Positions 29,637-38,289 of a DNA stretch of 60,382 nt are shown here, in pieces. The DNA comes from Planctomycetota bacterium. GTDB lineage: Bacteria; Planctomycetota; SZUA-567; H5-PLA8. The notes below the pieces were generated by a model that worked only from the letters and a program-made list of their open reading frames with translations, was not told where the DNA came from and did not search any database. The stretch lies in contig BTVV01000030.1 in the NCBI GenBank assembly GCA_045863855.1, positions 1 to 60,382 on the forward strand, read 5' to 3'. Position 1 is the first letter of the stretch; each line of letters opens with the position of its first letter. A program made the position numbers and the translations under genes.

Positions 29637-30734
29637 TCACTCGGCCGGGGCGAGTTTTCCGTCCTTCGCCGCGAGCTTCACGCCGGCGGCCGTCCACGGA
29701 ACTTCCGGCGGCTTGTAGAGCGTCTGGCCGTCCTGTTCGATCACGCAGTCCTGAACGATCCAGCGCAGCTCTTTACGCTCGCCCGCCTGCTGCATGGCCA
29801 GTTGCAGCTTCTGGCCCTTCACCGGCGCGCGCAGCGTGCGGCCCTTATAGAGGAACGACTCCACCGCGCCGTTATTCGTGCGCCGATCCACTTCTACCGC
29901 TTGCAGCGTGACGCTTTGAAGCACTTCGTCGGCGGCGGGCAGCATCTCGGACGGCGGGCCGGGGAAGGCGATGCGCAAGCCCTCGTTCGTGTCCCCTTTG
30001 AACGGCAAACCTTTGTCGAACTGGGCGCTCTCGACTTTCGTCAGCGTGAATCCCCGCGGCAGGCCCTTGACCTCGAACGAAATATTGGGCGGCGCGCCTT
30101 TGGCCGGCCATTCCAGTTCGAAGGTCTCGGTCTGGCCGCGCGGCACCTCGCCCAGGCGTTGTGGCCCGAAGACGATCAGCATCGGATAGCGTCCATTCTC
30201 GACCACCACCGCGCTGCGCGACTTGGCGCCGGACTTGCCCGGCGCGGCGTCGGGCTCGTCGGATTTGTTTTCCTTCGATTCGTTCTGGGAGGAGCCGGTC
30301 ACCGGTTGCTGCGTTTGCCACCATTCCCAGCCGAAATATCCTCCGGCTCCCAGCGCTCCGGCCACGACAAGCAGCATCCACCCTCCGCCGCCGCGCGGAC
30401 CGCTTCGTGCGCGCGGGCCGAAAGACGGGCCGCCGATGGGCACGCCGGGCGGCGGAACCATCCCGCCCGGTGCGACCGGGCCGCTGGCCGCGGGCGCATC
30501 CGAGATCAGTTGCAGTTCGTCTTCAGGTTCGGCCGCCGCCGCCGCGGGCGGCGCCGTCGATGGCTTCGCGCCCATGGTCGGAGAATACCCCGGCGCGTTA
30601 TCGGGAATCGGCTCCAGATCCGTCGGAATCACGAAGCCGTGGTTGCATTTCGAGCACTTCACTTCTTTCCCGCGTATATCGACAGGTCCGCCCAACTTCT
30701 TCCCGCAGGCCGGGCAGCGGGTTTTGATGCGCAT
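29637..30734 (-). CDS. Zinc-ribbon single-pass membrane protein
   Basis: N-terminal CPAC...CSKC, Pro-rich linker, one TM helix. Confidence 0.7.
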   Translation of the reverse strand: MRIKTRCPACGKKLGGPVDIRGKEVKCSKCNHGFVIPTDLEPIPDNAPGYSPTMGAKPSTAPPAAAAAEPEDELQLISDAPAASGPVAPGGMVPPPGVPIGGPSFGPRARSGPRGGGGWMLLVVAGALGAGGYFGWEWWQTQQPVTGSSQNESKENKSDEPDAAPGKSGAKSRSAVVVENGRYPMLIVFGPQRLGEVPRGQTETFELEWPAKGAPPNISFEVKGLPRGFTLTKVESAQFDKGLPFKGDTNEGLRIAFPGPPSEMLPAADEVLQSVTLQAVEVDRRTNNGAVESFLYKGRTLRAPVKGQKLQLAMQQAGERKELRWIVQDCVIEQDGQTLYKPPEVPWTAAGVKLAAKDGKLAPAE

Positions 30735-30870
30735 GAAGGATTCCTCTGGAGCCGAAAATCATTATAACTCCCCGGCCGGCATCGGCTACGGCGGAGCGAA
30801 CACCGCCCGGCCGTCTTGACGCTTGGACCTCGTGGGCGGATACTCCAGCCGGATTGACCTGAGGATTGGC

Positions 30871-31476
30871 GTGAGCACAGGCGAGATTACCCGAAACGAG
30901 AAGCTCGTCACCGACGCCGCCTGGGTCGCTCACGTCCTCGACGGAGACCAGAAGGCTTACGAGCAGCTTGTCCGCAAATACAAGAGCCTCGTCACCACCT
31001 ACTGCTTCAGCCGCGTCAACCAGCGCGAACTCTCCGAAGATTTGGCGCATGAAACCTTTGTCCGAGCCTTCGTGGCCCTCCACAATCTGAAGAAGCCATC
31101 CGCGTTCAGCGCCTGGATCCTCTCGATCGCGCATAACGTCTGCATCGATCACCTGCGCAACAAATCCCGCACCGTATCGCTCGAAGTGCACAGCGAGAAA
31201 GATTCGCAGGGCGAGATCGTGCTGGTCAACAAGAAAGACCGCTCGGTCATCGACAGCGTGGCGCAGGGCGAGATCCGCGACCTCACGCTGGAAGCCATCG
31301 ATAAGCTGGGCGAAGAGTACCGCGCCACGCTGCTGCTGCGGCATGTGCAGGGACTGAGCTGCGAAGAGATCGCCGAGACGCTGGGGGTCAGCTTGGGCAC
31401 GGTCACCAGCCGCTTAAGCCGAGCGCATCGAGTGTTGCGGGAAAGGCTCCAGAAATTCATGGAACCCGATAAGTGA
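30871..31476 (+). CDS. ECF sigma-70 factor
   Basis: EDLAHETFVRAF, F.AWIL.IAHN.CIDHLR, EEIAETLGVSLGTVTSRLSRA; GTG start. Confidence 0.93.
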   Translation: MSTGEITRNEKLVTDAAWVAHVLDGDQKAYEQLVRKYKSLVTTYCFSRVNQRELSEDLAHETFVRAFVALHNLKKPSAFSAWILSIAHNVCIDHLRNKSRTVSLEVHSEKDSQGEIVLVNKKDRSVIDSVAQGEIRDLTLEAIDKLGEEYRATLLLRHVQGLSCEEIAETLGVSLGTVTSRLSRAHRVLRERLQKFMEPDK

Positions 31477-31564
31477 GCCTAAGTTGCAGGAATTGGGCCG
31501 GGCCGGTGCATTAAAGTTGTCTAGATCACGTCATACGTTCAGTGGGTGGCTTTAAGGATTGGGC

Positions 31565-31999
31565 ATGAGTGCAGCAAGCGGAACGAACGATCTCGATCTG
31601 CTGATCGAAGACTACGTGGACGGCCGGCTCGAAGGCGAGCAGCTTTCGCGTTTCGAAGCGCGGCTGGCCCAAGAGCCCGATCTGCGCGAACGCGTCCAGA
31701 CCGCCACCCAGTCCATCCAGGTGCTGCGCAGCGTCTTAACCAAGGTCGATCCCAGCCCCGAATTCGAGTACCGCGTCAACAATCAGATTGTCAGCATCAC
31801 CCAGAGCAACCCAGGGCTCATTCCCGCCAAACGCGGCACCAAGCGCACGGTGCTCACGGCCGACGACCCCGACGCCAAGCTGCTCCACGATCCTCAAGCC
31901 AAAAAAGAGAGCCAGCGGCTGATGATCCTCGCGGCCGTGGCCGCGCTGCTCTTCGCGCTTGCGGCGGCCGTGATCGTCTTCGCGCTGGTCGCGCGCTGA
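31565..31999 (+). CDS. Putative anti-sigma factor
   Basis: LIEDYVDGRLEG....FEARL N-terminal anti-sigma-like motif; C-terminal TM; directly downstream of the ECF. Confidence 0.7.
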   Translation: MSAASGTNDLDLLIEDYVDGRLEGEQLSRFEARLAQEPDLRERVQTATQSIQVLRSVLTKVDPSPEFEYRVNNQIVSITQSNPGLIPAKRGTKRTVLTADDPDAKLLHDPQAKKESQRLMILAAVAALLFALAAAVIVFALVAR

Positions 32000-32006
32000 T
32001 CGGGCT

Positions 32007-33611
32007 TTACGGCGCGACTGAGGCCGCCGCGGGCAGGTTCTTCCGGCGAAACATCAGGAAATGCGTGAAGTCGCGCACCTGGTTCAGTTCGTCCGCCGAG
32101 AGTCCCGTCACGAACTTGTACCCGCGCTGCGGATGCATCAGCAGCACCGACTCCAACTCGTAGCTCGACTGGACCAGCCCGTTCAATTGCGTCCCGAACC
32201 ACGGGTCGGTGGCGGGCGTCACCAGCGTCGAGCGCGAATTATTGATCTGCACCAGGATATACGCGGGTGTGCGGCGCTCCAGTTCCCGCCACGCGCGTTC
32301 CTGGAACTCGCGCTGCCGCGGGAACGGGAAGGTCAGCGGATACAGCATCACGAACGGATTGGCCAGCGGGCGCTCGGCCTGAAACGCGACCTGCGGCTCG
32401 GAACCGTAAATGAAGATCGCGTCCTCAGGCCGCGTGCGGTCTTTCAGGTACCGCGCCACCATCGGCCCGGCTTCGAACCCGTGCGGCCCCAGTCGCCGGA
32501 CCGAAATCGCCGCCGGATTGGCGAACCAGTAATTAGGATGCGCCAGCGCTCCCGGCAGCACCAGCAGAATCGCCGCAACGATCTGGACCGTGCGCGGCCA
32601 TGCGGCGTAAATCGCCGGCAGCGCCGCGCATCCGATCCCGGCGGCCACCGCGAACGCGGGCAGCAACTGCGCGAAATAATGCTGGTACAGATGCGGGCTG
32701 ATGAAGGCGCCCAGGACCGAGCCGGCCACGCACGCCGGACCCATCCACGCACGCGGCCGGCCGCCTTGGCGCGCACTCCAGATGCAGCCTGGCACGCCGA
32801 TCAGAAGCGCCGGCCCCAGCCCCGGCGCCAACTGGACGAAGCGCTCCCAGATCTTCCGGCCAAGGCCGCTCGACGCGAGGCCCCCGTAATTCAAGTTATG
32901 CGCGAACGACCAGTACCAAAGCTCCGCGCCAACGCCCGCCGCTATAAAAGGAGCCAGCAGCAGCGCCGAAAAGCCAACGCCTCCGGCCAGCCACCACCCG
33001 CAGGCCCGCAAGCCGTCTTTACGCTCCGCGCCGCCGCAGAACATCAAAAGCCCCAGTGCCGGAGCCACGCTGAAGGCCGCCGGTTGCTTGATCCAGCACG
33101 CCGCCGCACCGAAGGCTCCGCTGGCCAGCAGCCGCCACGTCCTTCCGCGTCCGGCCAGCTCCAGCGCGGCATCGGCGCACCACAACGAAGCGCAAATCGG
33201 GAGCAGCATCAGCATTTCGCTGCTGCACGTGAAGCCTTGCACCGCCGGTGTAACGCTTAAGTACGCGAACGCCGCTCCCGCCCAGCAGCCCGCGGCCTCC
33301 GAACCGCTCCAGCGCCGCGCCAGCGCCGCGACCAGCAGCAGCGTTCCGAAGCTCCAGAGGGCCAGAAAGAGATGCAGCCCCATCGCCGTGGGCGGAAAGA
33401 CGGCAACCGCCAGCGCGTAGATCAGGAAAATGCCCGGCGGCTTGTGATCGGCCAAGTCGCGGTACGGCATCTCGCCGCGCCACATTCCTTGCGCGACGAC
33501 GCCGAACGCGCCTTCGTCGCGGTCCAGCGGCACGTCCAGCAGCGGCACACGCAACACCGCATACAACACCACGATGCCGGCCCAGGCCAGCAATAACCCG
33601 CGCTTGGGCAT
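32007..33611 (-). CDS. GT-C (ArnT/PMT-like) glycosyltransferase
   Basis: LDRDEG, PY.D..DHKPPG, KQP, HYF; many TM helices. Confidence 0.85.
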   Translation of the reverse strand: MPKRGLLLAWAGIVVLYAVLRVPLLDVPLDRDEGAFGVVAQGMWRGEMPYRDLADHKPPGIFLIYALAVAVFPPTAMGLHLFLALWSFGTLLLVAALARRWSGSEAAGCWAGAAFAYLSVTPAVQGFTCSSEMLMLLPICASLWCADAALELAGRGRTWRLLASGAFGAAACWIKQPAAFSVAPALGLLMFCGGAERKDGLRACGWWLAGGVGFSALLLAPFIAAGVGAELWYWSFAHNLNYGGLASSGLGRKIWERFVQLAPGLGPALLIGVPGCIWSARQGGRPRAWMGPACVAGSVLGAFISPHLYQHYFAQLLPAFAVAAGIGCAALPAIYAAWPRTVQIVAAILLVLPGALAHPNYWFANPAAISVRRLGPHGFEAGPMVARYLKDRTRPEDAIFIYGSEPQVAFQAERPLANPFVMLYPLTFPFPRQREFQERAWRELERRTPAYILVQINNSRSTLVTPATDPWFGTQLNGLVQSSYELESVLLMHPQRGYKFVTGLSADELNQVRDFTHFLMFRRKNLPAAASVAP

Positions 33612-35251
33612 CAGGGACCGTCCTCCGCGGGCATCCGGGCTTTGGGAACCCGGATCACGTACACCGGTTTGAGCGGCGGTTGGTACGCCTTGAACTCTTC
33701 AGGCGTCAGGACCAGATGCCGCCTAAATCGGTCGGGCAGATACGGGTCCTGGTGCGGATCGACGACGATGTAGCGCCATGGTTCGAAATGGTGATCGCGC
33801 AGGTTCTCCACGTAATGTTGGAAGTGCTTGGGCGGATACCCGCAGCCGTATTCGTCCCAGGGCGGACTGTGAATCAGATAGCGCGGCGGGTTGTCGCGCA
33901 GCCGGCCGATGGCCGCGAACTGAAATTCCTCGGTCCGGTCGGGGTCCGAATTGAGTGACTCGTACATGGGGAACATGCTAGGTAGGCGCAGGTCGGCCAT
34001 CACCGCGATTTGTGCGCGCCCGGTCAGGATGAGAATGCCGTCGCCCGGCGTGGCGTGCTCTTTCAGAACCTCGGCCACTTTCTCATGCGCCTTCGTTGTC
34101 CACCCTGCGACTCCGGCATAAGGGCGCGGCGCGTAGATCGCGCCGCCCAAGCAGATCGTGCCGGCCAGCAGCGCGAACTCGACCGCGCGCGCGCGGTCGC
34201 GCAGGATCCACGGCCATTCGTGCAGCCTCGCCAGCCCTACGCCGGCGAAAAATGCCATACCCGCCGTCAGGACTGCAAAATAATGTCCGAAGAAAACGGG
34301 GCCTGTGAATGCGCCGGGAATTGCAAGCAGCATGAACGCCCAAGGAAACCAGAGTCCCTTACCGTTCGAGAAAACTCTTATCAGCAAACCTAGGGCCCCA
34401 AAGATCAGAGGCGGGAGATGATCGCAACGCCCGGCTTTCAGCGTCCACCACAGCGTGTCCCACCAGTACGACCAGCGCGTACCGTACAGCTTCACCGGAA
34501 ATGCCCAGTACAGGAACTCGCGCAGCCCCAGGTGATACGTGAAATACGCCACGATCAATACCGAGAGCGCCACGCCGCCGCCCAGCCAGAAGCCCAGCCG
34601 ATGGAACGCCGCTCGAATACCGGGTCGCGCGCCGTTGAATAGGAGCCAGATCGGCACCGCCAGCAGCGAGAACAGCGCCGGCTGCTTCGTCCAGCACGCC
34701 AGCGCCGCGCTCGCGCCGCCCGCCGCCAAATACGCCTGAGACGACCGTCCGGTGCGCGCCGCGCCAGCGATCGTCAACCGCAAGCTCGCCGCAAGCGGCA
34801 GCAACAGAAACATTTCGGTCGAAGCCGTATACCCTTGCACCGCGACGCTCGCGCTCAGGAAGGCATACGTGAAGCCCGTCCAAAGCCCTGCGCGCTCGCC
34901 GTACAGCGCCTTGGCCGAACTGGCCAGCAGCAGGAGCGCGCCGAAATTCCACAGATGCAGCCAGAAATGGATGCCCGCGGCCGTGGGTGGTACGAACGCC
35001 AACCCCAGCGCCAGCATGTAGAACACGCCCGGCGGTTTGTAATCCTTCGCTTCCAGGTACGGGACCTCGCCGCGCAGCACGCCCAGCGCGATGTACGAAA
35101 AGACTCCTTCGTCGCGGTCGAGCGGGATTTCGAGCAGCGGCGCGCGCAAGCCGACGTACACCGCCACGATGACGACCCACGCCGCCCAGCGCAGCAGCGG
35201 TCGGACGGGCGGCACGGCGGCTTCCGGAAGGGGCGCGCCGGTCTCGTTCAT
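33611..35251 (-). CDS. GT-C (ArnT/PMT-like) glycosyltransferase, paralog of the neighbouring gene
   Basis: LDRDEG, DYKPPG, KQP, HYF; many TM helices; 1-nt overlap with the next gene. Confidence 0.85.
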   Translation of the reverse strand: MNETGAPLPEAAVPPVRPLLRWAAWVVIVAVYVGLRAPLLEIPLDRDEGVFSYIALGVLRGEVPYLEAKDYKPPGVFYMLALGLAFVPPTAAGIHFWLHLWNFGALLLLASSAKALYGERAGLWTGFTYAFLSASVAVQGYTASTEMFLLLPLAASLRLTIAGAARTGRSSQAYLAAGGASAALACWTKQPALFSLLAVPIWLLFNGARPGIRAAFHRLGFWLGGGVALSVLIVAYFTYHLGLREFLYWAFPVKLYGTRWSYWWDTLWWTLKAGRCDHLPPLIFGALGLLIRVFSNGKGLWFPWAFMLLAIPGAFTGPVFFGHYFAVLTAGMAFFAGVGLARLHEWPWILRDRARAVEFALLAGTICLGGAIYAPRPYAGVAGWTTKAHEKVAEVLKEHATPGDGILILTGRAQIAVMADLRLPSMFPMYESLNSDPDRTEEFQFAAIGRLRDNPPRYLIHSPPWDEYGCGYPPKHFQHYVENLRDHHFEPWRYIVVDPHQDPYLPDRFRRHLVLTPEEFKAYQPPLKPVYVIRVPKARMPAEDGP

Positions 35252-35255
35252 CGAT

Positions 35256-35900
35256 TCAGGGTTTCGTGAGCGCGTCGATATGCGCGCGGCCGTAGCGGCG
35301 CAGGCAGGCCTGACCGTTGTTGACGTAGTGTCTGTAGGTGCGCGCCAGCCGCTCGCGCTGACGCGGTTCCAGTTCTTTGACCTGCTTGGCGGGGATCCCC
35401 GCCCAAAGCGTGTGCGGCGGCACGTCCGTCCCTTCCAGCACCAGCGCGCCCGCCGCGATCAGCGCGCCCGCGCCGATCGTACACCGGCTCAGCACCGTCG
35501 CGCCGATCGCGATCAGCGCACCGTCCCCGACCGTGCTGCCGTGCACGATCGCCGTGTGCCCCAGCGTCACACGCTTGCCCAGCACGCACGGATAGCCGCG
35601 GTCCACGTGCAGGATCGAGCCGTCCTGCACGTTCGTCTCCTCGCCGACTTCGATATACTCGTCGTCGCCGCGCAGGATGCAGCCGTACCAGACGCTCGAG
35701 AGCGCCTTCAACTCCACGCGCCCCAGCACCGTCGCTCCCTGCGCGATCCAGGCGCGCGGGTCGATCCGGGGCGTGCTGTTCAACGCCGCCCAATCGTAAT
35801 GCTCGTCGGGGTAGGGGACGTCCGGCGCCGCCGGTAAACCGGGCGGCGCGAGCCACTCCGGATGCGGGCCGTTATAGGAAGTGCCGGGCGCTGCGCTCAT
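35256..35900 (-). CDS. Gamma carbonic anhydrase family protein
   Basis: LRGD, NVQD, LH, GH...HG zinc ligands; hexapeptide repeats; start approximate. Confidence 0.9.
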   Translation of the reverse strand: MSAAPGTSYNGPHPEWLAPPGLPAAPDVPYPDEHYDWAALNSTPRIDPRAWIAQGATVLGRVELKALSSVWYGCILRGDDEYIEVGEETNVQDGSILHVDRGYPCVLGKRVTLGHTAIVHGSTVGDGALIAIGATVLSRCTIGAGALIAAGALVLEGTDVPPHTLWAGIPAKQVKELEPRQRERLARTYRHYVNNGQACLRRYGRAHIDALTKP

Positions 35901-36049
35901 GCGCGCCATTGTGCCCGGCGGCCGGATTTCCGCAAGACGCGCGAAAGGATTGACAGCACCCGCTGTACTTTCAAATGAATCTACAGAACCGCCAACTGGG
36001 CAGAAATATGAACCGGATGGCTTACCCCGATTGGGTAAGGAGAATTGGA

Positions 36050-36319
36050 ATGACCCCAACGGAAGCGCGGAGATCGGGCGGCACCGCAGCATTGCTGGAG
36101 GTGCTGCCTGGTTTGTTTTTAAACCTGTTCGGGATGGGACATATCTACGCCGGCCGCGTAGGTGTCGGCTTGCTGGTCATGTTCGGCTACTGGGTACTCT
36201 TGACCATTAATATCCTGCTCTGCTTTGTGATCGTCGGCTTCGTGACCCTGCCAATGACATGGCTAGGGTTCATGATCTTCTCTCCCCTCGCCGCTGCGAA
36301 AGCATGCGAAGGTCGTTAG
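36050..36319 (+). CDS. Small membrane protein (TM2-like)
   Basis: AAGGAG SD; G.GHIYAG..G.G motif; hydrophobic helices. Confidence 0.7.
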   Translation: MTPTEARRSGGTAALLEVLPGLFLNLFGMGHIYAGRVGVGLLVMFGYWVLLTINILLCFVIVGFVTLPMTWLGFMIFSPLAAAKACEGR

Positions 36320-36327
36320 CGAACGCA

Positions 36328-36969
36328 TCAGATCCGGTACTGGTCCACCTGCCCGGCCATGTCGCTGCCGCGCGCCAGCGCCACGCGACCCGTGCGCGCC
36401 ATCTCCTTGATGCCGAAGGCCGACATCACGCGCAGGAACGCGTCGATCTTCTTTTCGGGGCCGATGATCTCGATCATGCAGTCCTTCAGTCCGATATCGA
36501 CCACCTGGCCTTCGAAGACTTCCACGAGCTGGAAAATCTCCTGCCGCGAACCGGCCGGCGTCGCCACCTTGATCAGCGCCAGATCGCGCTCCACGTGGTC
36601 CATGCCCGAAAAATCGAGCACCTTGATCACGTTCACGAACTTCGAAAGCGCCTTCTTGAGCGCGTCAATCACCACTTCTTCGCCGCGCACCACGATGGTC
36701 ATGCGGCTGAAGCGTTCGTTCTCCGTCTCCGCCACGGTCAGCGATTCGATGTTCGTCCCGCGCGCCGCGAAGAGGTTCGCCACCTGCGCCAGGAGCCCCG
36801 AAACGTTCTTCACCACCAGGCTGATCACATGCCGCGTGGGCCGCTGGCGCGAAAGCACCTCGATGCGCGAACGCGGCAACTCGTCGGATCCCGATTCGGG
36901 CGCCGTCATGTACGAGGGAATCTCCGAGGGCGGAACCGCGGCGCCTTCTGAAGAGGGGGTGCGTGCCAT
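36328..36969 (-). CDS. ilvN: Acetolactate synthase small (regulatory) subunit
   Basis: ACT domain (ISLVV.N..G.L....LFA.RG.NIESL), ERDLALIKV, EMARTG. Confidence 0.95.
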   Translation of the reverse strand: MARTPSSEGAAVPPSEIPSYMTAPESGSDELPRSRIEVLSRQRPTRHVISLVVKNVSGLLAQVANLFAARGTNIESLTVAETENERFSRMTIVVRGEEVVIDALKKALSKFVNVIKVLDFSGMDHVERDLALIKVATPAGSRQEIFQLVEVFEGQVVDIGLKDCMIEIIGPEKKIDAFLRVMSAFGIKEMARTGRVALARGSDMAGQVDQYRI

Positions 36970-36999
36970 GCAATCGCTCCTGAGAGGGGGGACGCCGGA

Positions 37000-38196
37000 T
37001 CAGCGCCGCCCGCCCTTCTTCTTGGCCTTGCGCGTGGCCGGCTTGGCCTTGGGCTTCGCTTGGGCCTTGGCCGCGCGCTTGCCGGCGGCTTTGGGTTTGG
37101 CCTTCGCCGCGCCCTGCCGTTCGGGTCGCAGTTCGCGCACGATCGCGCCGATCTGCCAGATCTCGTCCTGGCGCACCGCCGCCAGTTCCTTCTCCAGGCC
37201 CTGCCGGTAGTCCGGGCGGCTGTTCACATCCAGCACCACCGCGGTCTCCTTGCCCGTGTGCACCCGGTCGTACAGTTCCTCGAAGACCGGCCTCGACGCC
37301 GCTTCGAACTTCTTGTACCAGTCCAGTGCGCCGCGTTGCGCGGTCGTGGAGCAGTTCGCGTACATCCAGTCCATCCCATTCTCGCCGATCAACGGATACA
37401 GCGACTGCGTCGCCTCTTCCACCGTCTCGTTGAACGCTTCGCTGGGGCTGTGGCCCTTCTGGCGCAGCAACTGGTACTGCGCGCGCATCAGGCCGTAAAT
37501 CGCACCCATCAGCACCCCGCGCTCGCCCGTCAGATCGCTGTAGACTTCGTTCTCGAATGTCGTCTCGAACAGGTAGCCGCTTCCGACGGCGATCCCCAGC
37601 GCCATCGCGCGCTCACGCGCCCGGCCGGTGAAGTCCTGGTGCACCGCGAACGAACTGTTGATTCCGCGGCCTTCCAGGAACAACCGGCGCACCGTTGTTC
37701 CGCTACCCTTCGGAGCCACCAGGATCACGTCCACGTTCTTCGGCGGAATCACGCCCGTCTGCTCGCGGTACACGATCGAGAACCCGTGGCTGAAGTACAG
37801 CGCCGCGCCGGGCTGCAAGTTGTCGCGCACTTCGGCCCACTGCGCCTTCTGGCCCGCATCCGAGAGCAAATACTGGATCACCGTAGCGTGGCGCACCGCT
37901 TCGCCGACGTTATCGAAGAGCGTCTTGCCGGGCTTCCAGCCGTCCTTGCGAGCCAGGTCGTAGCTGGGGCCCTTGCGCACGGCGACGATCACGTTCACGC
38001 CGTTGTCGCGCATGTTCAGCGACTGCCCGCGGCCCTGCACGCCGTAGCCGATCACGGCCACCGTCTCGCGGCCCAGGATCTGCTTCAGTTTGGCCGGCGG
38101 AAAATCCTTCCGCTCGTATACGGTTTCCTTGATGCCGCCGACGGTAAACGTACGCATGGGATCGGGCTCTCCTGGCTTTGCTGGCGCTTGCGCCAC
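37000..38196 (-). CDS. ilvC: Ketol-acid reductoisomerase
   Basis: GYGVQG, FSHGF, VAPKG.G, SDLTGERGVLMG, CSTTAQRG; start may be 38157. Confidence 0.96.
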   Translation of the reverse strand: MAQAPAKPGEPDPMRTFTVGGIKETVYERKDFPPAKLKQILGRETVAVIGYGVQGRGQSLNMRDNGVNVIVAVRKGPSYDLARKDGWKPGKTLFDNVGEAVRHATVIQYLLSDAGQKAQWAEVRDNLQPGAALYFSHGFSIVYREQTGVIPPKNVDVILVAPKGSGTTVRRLFLEGRGINSSFAVHQDFTGRARERAMALGIAVGSGYLFETTFENEVYSDLTGERGVLMGAIYGLMRAQYQLLRQKGHSPSEAFNETVEEATQSLYPLIGENGMDWMYANCSTTAQRGALDWYKKFEAASRPVFEELYDRVHTGKETAVVLDVNSRPDYRQGLEKELAAVRQDEIWQIGAIVRELRPERQGAAKAKPKAAGKRAAKAQAKPKAKPATRKAKKKGGRR

Positions 38197-38289
38197 CGAA
38201 AAGGTGAGCGGACAAGTGCGGTGGTTTGGAAGACGTTTGCCATGAAACGTATGGCGTGAATCGGGAAAAACCAGTCTCCGAGATCCGTC

